This document shows, piece after piece, positions 59,353-64,000 of a DNA stretch of 64,000 nt. Each line of letters begins with the position of its first letter. Position 1 is the stretch's first letter. The notes beneath the pieces were generated by a model, which worked only from the letters and a program-made list of their open reading frames with translations, was not told the origin of the DNA and ran no database searches. The stretch lies in the IMG/VR virus record IMGVR_UViG_3300025133_000036, positions 68,166 through 132,165 of that record; one strand, given 5' to 3'. The position numbers and the translations under genes are program-made. The stretch is from a virus.

Positions 59353-59356
59353 TATA

Positions 59357-59411
59357 TCGTAAATGTCTTTGGGTTGTCGTTTTTTATGCTTAGGTTAGAC
59401 CGTACAATAAA
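59357..59411 (+). repeat. 55-bp promoter-containing repeat, copy 1
   Basis: TCGTAAATGTCTTTGGGTTGTCGTTTTTTATGCTTAGGTTAGACCGTACAATAAA; near-identical to 60777-60831. Confidence 0.9.
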
Positions 59412-59427
59412 TAAGGAAAACTATCAA

Positions 59428-59649
59428 ATGGCAAAAAAAGCAAATCTAAAAGAAGTAAAAAACTTATTAGTCGAAAAAATAAACGACGATAAGAAGTATA
59501 AGAACATTACACTTGAAAATTACGAATATCTTCCAGAAAGTTATAAAGTTGAAATGTTGAGAGAAGTTCGATCTGACAATAAAGGAAACATGGATATTTG
59601 GAGAGCGGTAGCTAGGTTGATTCAAAGTTTAAACACTAAAAAATATTAA
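59428..59649 (+). CDS. hypothetical protein
   Basis: AAGGA RBS, ATG 59428, downstream of the repeat. Confidence 0.65.
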   Translation: MAKKANLKEVKNLLVEKINDDKKYKNITLENYEYLPESYKVEMLREVRSDNKGNMDIWRAVARLIQSLNTKKY

Positions 59650-59663
59650 AAAAGAGGTTACAT

Positions 59664-59897
59664 ATGTCATTACAAACAATAACAATTCCAAAAGATGCCC
59701 ACCCGGCATTACCGAATTCTTTCTCAGTTGATTTCCATTGGGGAAAGAATGGTTTAAATATTTTATCTTTAACTGACGCACCATTTACAATGAATGAAGT
59801 ACTTCATGAAAATCACACAACTGGCGCGAAATATTACTTCAAATATCTCATAGACGATTTTATTCAAGGCGTTTCAGAATTAGGAGAGATATCATAA
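59664..59897 (+). CDS. hypothetical protein
   Basis: GAGG RBS, 77 aa. Confidence 0.6.
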   Translation: MSLQTITIPKDAHPALPNSFSVDFHWGKNGLNILSLTDAPFTMNEVLHENHTTGAKYYFKYLIDDFIQGVSELGEIS

Positions 59898-60367
59898 TCA
59901 AATACGGAACAAACATTAAAAATACTATTATATTTGATCTTGATGGAACTCTTGCTGACATAGAAATTCGCCGCAAGCATTGCACGAAACCAAATGGTAA
60001 ACTCGATTGGGATAAATTTTTTGATCCTAAACATATAAAATTAGATAAACCGAATCTTCCTGTTATAGCAATGGCTAAAGCATTTTGGGACAAGGGCTAT
60101 CGTTTAGTAATATTTTCAGGTCGGTCTGCATCAACTCAATTTGAAACTGAAAGATGGTTGGATAGTCACGATATAAAATACGATATGTTGAAAATGCGTC
60201 CTACACACAAGAAATGGTTTCCAGATGATATATTAAAAAAAGAAATGCTTGATAGATTTGTTGATAAAAAAAGCGTGTTCTTAGTAGTCGATGATAGACA
60301 GAAAGTTGTTGACATGTGGAGAAAAGAAGGCTTAACGTGTTTTCAGGTCGCAGAAGGTAACTTTTAG
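59894..60367 (+). CDS. HAD-family phosphatase (T4 PseT/polynucleotide kinase phosphatase domain-like), apparent ATA start
   Basis: Frame upstream of ATG 60071 contains IIFDLDGTLAD; also FSGR, LKMRP, VDDRQKVVDMWR..GLTCFQV. Confidence 0.8.
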   Translation: MIKYGTNIKNTIIFDLDGTLADIEIRRKHCTKPNGKLDWDKFFDPKHIKLDKPNLPVIAMAKAFWDKGYRLVIFSGRSASTQFETERWLDSHDIKYDMLKMRPTHKKWFPDDILKKEMLDRFVDKKSVFLVVDDRQKVVDMWRKEGLTCFQVAEGNF

Positions 60368-60555
60368 TGAGATTATTCAAATGGCTAATAAAGAAACGGT
60401 ATAAACATAGCCCAGTTTGCAATTGTGGTTGGACTATGAAACCATTTGAAAGATATACTGATAGATATCAATGGAAATGTATTTGGAAAAAATGTGGTTG
60501 GGAAGCATTCGACAATGGTGATAGTAAATTGCATTGGTGGTGGAGGTATAAATGA
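60367..60555 (+). CDS. small Cys/Trp-rich hypothetical protein
   Basis: CNCG..CIWKKCG; coupled ORF. Confidence 0.55.
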   Translation: MRLFKWLIKKRYKHSPVCNCGWTMKPFERYTDRYQWKCIWKKCGWEAFDNGDSKLHWWWRYK

Positions 60556-60782
60556 TGACCGTAGTTGAAAGGTTGCTGCCAATTATCATAGACTTAAAGA
60601 GACACAGTCCTATGTTAGCAGAACAGAGACTACAGAATGTCTGTGGAGAAATTATATATGGGTTAAAATGTGCAAAACGAATCCACGCAGGAAATTACAA
60701 AAAAGAGGAGTATCCCAAATTGAATCAGTCAATAAAACGTTCCTTTGAATTAATAGGAAATTATTTTCATTTATTTTCGTAA
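60552..60782 (+). CDS. hypothetical protein
   Basis: GGAGG RBS, ATGA coupling. Confidence 0.55.
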   Translation: MMTVVERLLPIIIDLKRHSPMLAEQRLQNVCGEIIYGLKCAKRIHAGNYKKEEYPKLNQSIKRSFELIGNYFHLFS

Positions 60783-60831
60783 ATGTCTTTGGGTTGTCGT
60801 TTTTTTATGTTAGGTTAGACCGTACAATAAA
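60777..60831 (+). repeat. 55-bp promoter-containing repeat, copy 2
   Basis: Near-identical to 59357-59411. Confidence 0.9.
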
Positions 60832-60855
60832 ACACGCAAATAAAGGTTATACTAA

Positions 60856-62904
60856 ATGAAAAATTTTAACACAAACTCAAACTATTGGATCGGTAATCTA
60901 ACTGGCTCATTAGATGATGCATGGTGGAGAGAAGACGATGCAGATAAACCAAAAGGTAAAGATTTAGTCGCTCTCGCTGGCTATAAAAAAGCTATTTCAA
61001 ATTTTGTTAATATCGTTACTACTCGAAGCGACATTCCAGTCGTATATAATTCAAAAGGTGGATCTTACACGAACGGAAAAAAAGTTGTTCTTTCTGGCAG
61101 AATGAACGATAAGAATTTTGATTCTTCAGTTGGACTTGCTCTTCACGAAGGCAGTCATATTGTTCATACTGATTTTGATCTTCTTAAAGATATTAGAGAT
61201 ATTGTAAGAGAAGAACTTAAGTTAAGAAATAACAATTGGGAAGAAAGACAAGAATTAGCTGAACATACTCGTAAAGTTAAAGATCTTCTTAATTACGTAG
61301 AAGATAGAAGAATTGATTATATCATTTTCAAATCTGCGCCAGGTTATAAGAATTATTACCACGCAATGTATAAAAAATATTTTGAATTTAAAGTTATCAA
61401 TAAAGCCCTTAAAACTGGTCAATATACTGATGATACTTCTTACGATTCATACGAATTTCGCATTATTAATTTTCTTAATCAATTTACAGATTTAGATGCA
61501 TTACCTGGCTTAAGAGAAATTTATAAGACAATTAATTTCAAAAATATTTCAAGATTAAATAACACCCGCGAAGCGCTTGATGTAGCACTTGAAATGTATA
61601 AAATCATTCTAGCGAATCTTAAACCTGCACCTAAAGTGCAGCAACCAGATGATCAGCAAACAGACGATGATCAACAAGAATCTGCTCAAGATGGTGATAC
61701 CTCAGATAGCGAATCTTCAACTTCCAATAACGCTTCAAGTTCTGAAGATCCTAATTCTGATTCACCATCTGAGCAGCTCACCGAAGCTTCAGATGAAACA
61801 GCAGATGAAACAGCAGATGAAACATCCGCGAATAAACCAGTTGAATTGTCTGATAAAGAGAAAAAGTCTTTAGCAAAAGCAATCGAACAACAAAAAGCTT
61901 TTACTTCAGGCGCAGTTAAAAAATCAAATCTTACGAAAAAAGACAATCAAACTCTTAAAGCTGTAGAAGATTCTCAAGCTTATACTCAGTCAGTTGGTAC
62001 GAAAAGCGGAAAAACGGATTGTATAGTTGTTCCAAGATTAACTAAATCGATGATACCTAAAAGCTGGGGAGACGGAGCATATAACTTTTTAAGATTCAGA
62101 TCAGACGACTATCTCGATAGAGCTATTCAAGAAGGAATCGTATTAGGTAAAAGACTTGGTAAAAAGCTTCAAGTTAGAAATGAATCACGTGAAACCAAAT
62201 GGACTCGTCAAGACTCAGGTCGTATCGATAAAAGATTAATTGCAGAGCTTGGATTTGATAACAGAAATGTTTTTTCTCAAGTATCAATCGACAAATATAA
62301 CGATGCATTCATTCACATTTCAGTTGACGCATCAGGTTCAATGTCAGGAGACAATTGGAATAACGCGATGAAATCAGCTGCAGCAATTGCACAAGCTTCT
62401 AGCATGTGTGGTAACATCCACGTTCAAGTTTCTATCAGAACAACGCAATCTACCGGTAAAGATCATATGCCAATTATCGCTATAATTTACGATTCAAACG
62501 TTAATAAGATTATCCACATAAAACAAATTTGGAAATTCTTAACAGCCGGCGGTACTACTCCAGAAGGACTTTGCTTCGAAGCAATTGAAAAACAGATCTT
62601 AAAAGACGCTAACGGAAGAGATTCTTATTTCTTAAATCTTTCAGACGGTCAACCTTACTTTTCAACTAAGAGTTTTTGGTACTCTGGAGATTCTGCATAT
62701 TCTCATACAAGATCTAAAGTTGATAATTTTAAGAAAGCTGGTATTAAAGTACTATCATTTTTTATTACAAGCGGTTACTACCAACCTAGAGATGGTGTTC
62801 TATCGGCGTTTAAAACGATGTACGGAAAAGACGCCGTAACTATCGATCCAACGTCTTTAGTAAGTTTAGCTAAAGTTTTAAATGCTAAATTTTTAGAAGC
62901 TTAA
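60856..62904 (+). CDS. vWA-domain protein with N-terminal HExxH metallopeptidase-like domain (CobT-like architecture)
   Basis: ALHEGSH, NYVEDRRI, acidic linker, MIDAS VDASGSMS, GGTTPE, LSDGQP. Confidence 0.88.
   Translation: MKNFNTNSNYWIGNLTGSLDDAWWREDDADKPKGKDLVALAGYKKAISNFVNIVTTRSDIPVVYNSKGGSYTNGKKVVLSGRMNDKNFDSSVGLALHEGSHIVHTDFDLLKDIRDIVREELKLRNNNWEERQELAEHTRKVKDLLNYVEDRRIDYIIFKSAPGYKNYYHAMYKKYFEFKVINKALKTGQYTDDTSYDSYEFRIINFLNQFTDLDALPGLREIYKTINFKNISRLNNTREALDVALEMYKIILANLKPAPKVQQPDDQQTDDDQQESAQDGDTSDSESSTSNNASSSEDPNSDSPSEQLTEASDETADETADETSANKPVELSDKEKKSLAKAIEQQKAFTSGAVKKSNLTKKDNQTLKAVEDSQAYTQSVGTKSGKTDCIVVPRLTKSMIPKSWGDGAYNFLRFRSDDYLDRAIQEGIVLGKRLGKKLQVRNESRETKWTRQDSGRIDKRLIAELGFDNRNVFSQVSIDKYNDAFIHISVDASGSMSGDNWNNAMKSAAAIAQASSMCGNIHVQVSIRTTQSTGKDHMPIIAIIYDSNVNKIIHIKQIWKFLTAGGTTPEGLCFEAIEKQILKDANGRDSYFLNLSDGQPYFSTKSFWYSGDSAYSHTRSKVDNFKKAGIKVLSFFITSGYYQPRDGVLSAFKTMYGKDAVTIDPTSLVSLAKVLNAKFLEA
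61790..61824 (+). repeat. 3x 12-bp tandem repeat in the acidic linker (ADET)
   Basis: CAGATGAAACAG x3, last copy incomplete. Confidence 0.85.
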
Positions 62905-62990
62905 TATTTATCTATGAAAAAACAAAATGTATTATTACAAAAGGTTCAAATGCTATAAATTAATTAATAAATAAACATAGGTACTGAAGC

Positions 62991-63272
62991 ATGAACGCCA
63001 AAGACAAGCAAGATTTAGAACTAGTACATTATAGATTAGATGAGTTAGATAAGAAATTTGACACAATGAAGCATGACATGTCTATGGCGAATGGAAAAAC
63101 GGATGCATCACTAAGGTTTATCAAAGAAAATTTATTCAATCCAAATGAAGGGTTATGGGCCGAGACAAAACAAAATTCATTATTTAGAGTTAACTCACAA
63201 AAATGGAGAGGAATTGTCGGAGCTGGATTTGTTGCTCTAATAGTCGATAAAATTTGGAGTATGTTTACATAA
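62991..63272 (+). CDS. hypothetical coiled-coil protein with C-terminal TM
   Basis: 93 aa; C-terminal hydrophobic segment. Confidence 0.65.
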   Translation: MNAKDKQDLELVHYRLDELDKKFDTMKHDMSMANGKTDASLRFIKENLFNPNEGLWAETKQNSLFRVNSQKWRGIVGAGFVALIVDKIWSMFT

Positions 63273-63281
63273 GGAGTTACA

Positions 63282-63521
63282 ATGGCTATAAAAATAGTTG
63301 CAAATAGAGTCCCACCTGGAGATAGATGGGTACTCACCAATGAAGTTACATCGGACCAATCAGTTATATCATCACTCACTGAAACTTTAAACACGATTTA
63401 TCAACAGACAGAGGATCGTATCTTTACAGTTGATGCAGTTAAAGGTGAGATTCAAGTAGATACTGAAATACAAGAAGGACCACGCAAATGGGACCTATAC
63501 GGAGAATACGGCGATGAGTAA
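63282..63521 (+). CDS. hypothetical protein
   Basis: AGGAG RBS; IVANRVPPGDRW. Confidence 0.7.
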   Translation: MAIKIVANRVPPGDRWVLTNEVTSDQSVISSLTETLNTIYQQTEDRIFTVDAVKGEIQVDTEIQEGPRKWDLYGEYGDE

Positions 63522-63789
63522 AATAATGAACGCTAGCGAATTAATTGAACACAATAGACATTTGTCTGCAGAGATAGATTATTGGGTTGCTCAACGATCT
63601 GAAGCATTAGCGATATTAGACTCGCTGTTTAATCGAACTAGTGTTATTGGAGAAACTGGTGCAATACAAGATGAAATTCATAAATGGACGTCAACCTTAA
63701 GTACTGCAGTACAAAATCTCGAAAATCTTAAAACGTATTTCGATCGAGGCGGAGAAGTAAAGCCAGTTAAATCACTATTACAAGGATAA
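63514..63789 (+). CDS. hypothetical protein
   Basis: Overlapping ORF, 91 aa. Confidence 0.65.
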   Translation: MSKIMNASELIEHNRHLSAEIDYWVAQRSEALAILDSLFNRTSVIGETGAIQDEIHKWTSTLSTAVQNLENLKTYFDRGGEVKPVKSLLQG

Positions 63790-63792
63790 GTT

Positions 63793-64000
63793 ATGAATCA
63801 ACAACAATCACAAGTACAAATAGACCCATCACAAGGGGAGCTCGTAAAATGTGAGTCTCTCAATTGTAAAGGAGCCGGCAAAGGTCATTGGGATCAAAAG
63901 TTAACAGTCAAGCGGTTATCCGCTATTACCAGTCCGACAGGAAAAGAGATGTACATTCAAGTACCTATCATGACGTGCACGGATTGCGGCGACGAGTTTC
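63793..64000 (+). CDS. Zn-ribbon hypothetical protein (3'-truncated)
   Basis: MNQQQSQVQID..CESLNC..SPTGKE..CTDCG; open to the window end. Confidence 0.65.
   Translation, partial: MNQQQSQVQIDPSQGELVKCESLNCKGAGKGHWDQKLTVKRLSAITSPTGKEMYIQVPIMTCTDCGDEF

Noticed and set aside
1-64000. Genome-wide stop-codon reassignment (TGA or TAG) as the explanation for the TGA at 19632
   Set aside because: Long genes are intact under the standard code, and TGA and TAG end many genes at natural positions, often as ATGA overlaps.

Overview
AT-rich segment of a large tailed (contractile-tail, T4-superfamily-like or jumbo) bacteriophage genome. It is almost entirely + strand and densely packed with translationally coupled genes. 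Order: tail module (sheath, tube, chaperone, tape measure, baseplate; 0.8-15 kb); replication/recombination module (PolA-like protein, NUDIX, SSB, RecA/UvsX, 5'-3' exonuclease, helicase, class II RNR; 15-27 kb); a nucleotide/DNA-modification locus with two Asp-type thymidylate-synthase paralogs flanking a dNMP kinase, a sulfotransferase and an amidinotransferase, followed by a kinase, dUTPase, two tRNAs, PolB, dCMP deaminase and an Nmad1-like gene (27-36 kb); glutamine synthetase II and a Cas4-like nuclease; a ~12 kb glycosylation cluster (39-52 kb); and an accessory region with a 2OG-Fe(II) oxygenase, PhoH, two type IV pilins, an MscS-like protein, a Popeye/cNMP-binding protein and a vWA protein. 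Main findings not shown by the ORF track: (1) a SelW/Rdx-family CxxU selenoprotein gene with an in-frame TGA and a bacterial SECIS-like hairpin (19602-19835); (2) an adjacent ~430-nt highly structured non-coding RNA (19903-20330); (3) the sulfotransferase/amidinotransferase/kinase cassette between two dCMP-hydroxymethylase-like genes, a candidate undescribed DNA hypermodification pathway. All calls come from reading motifs by eye; no database search was run.
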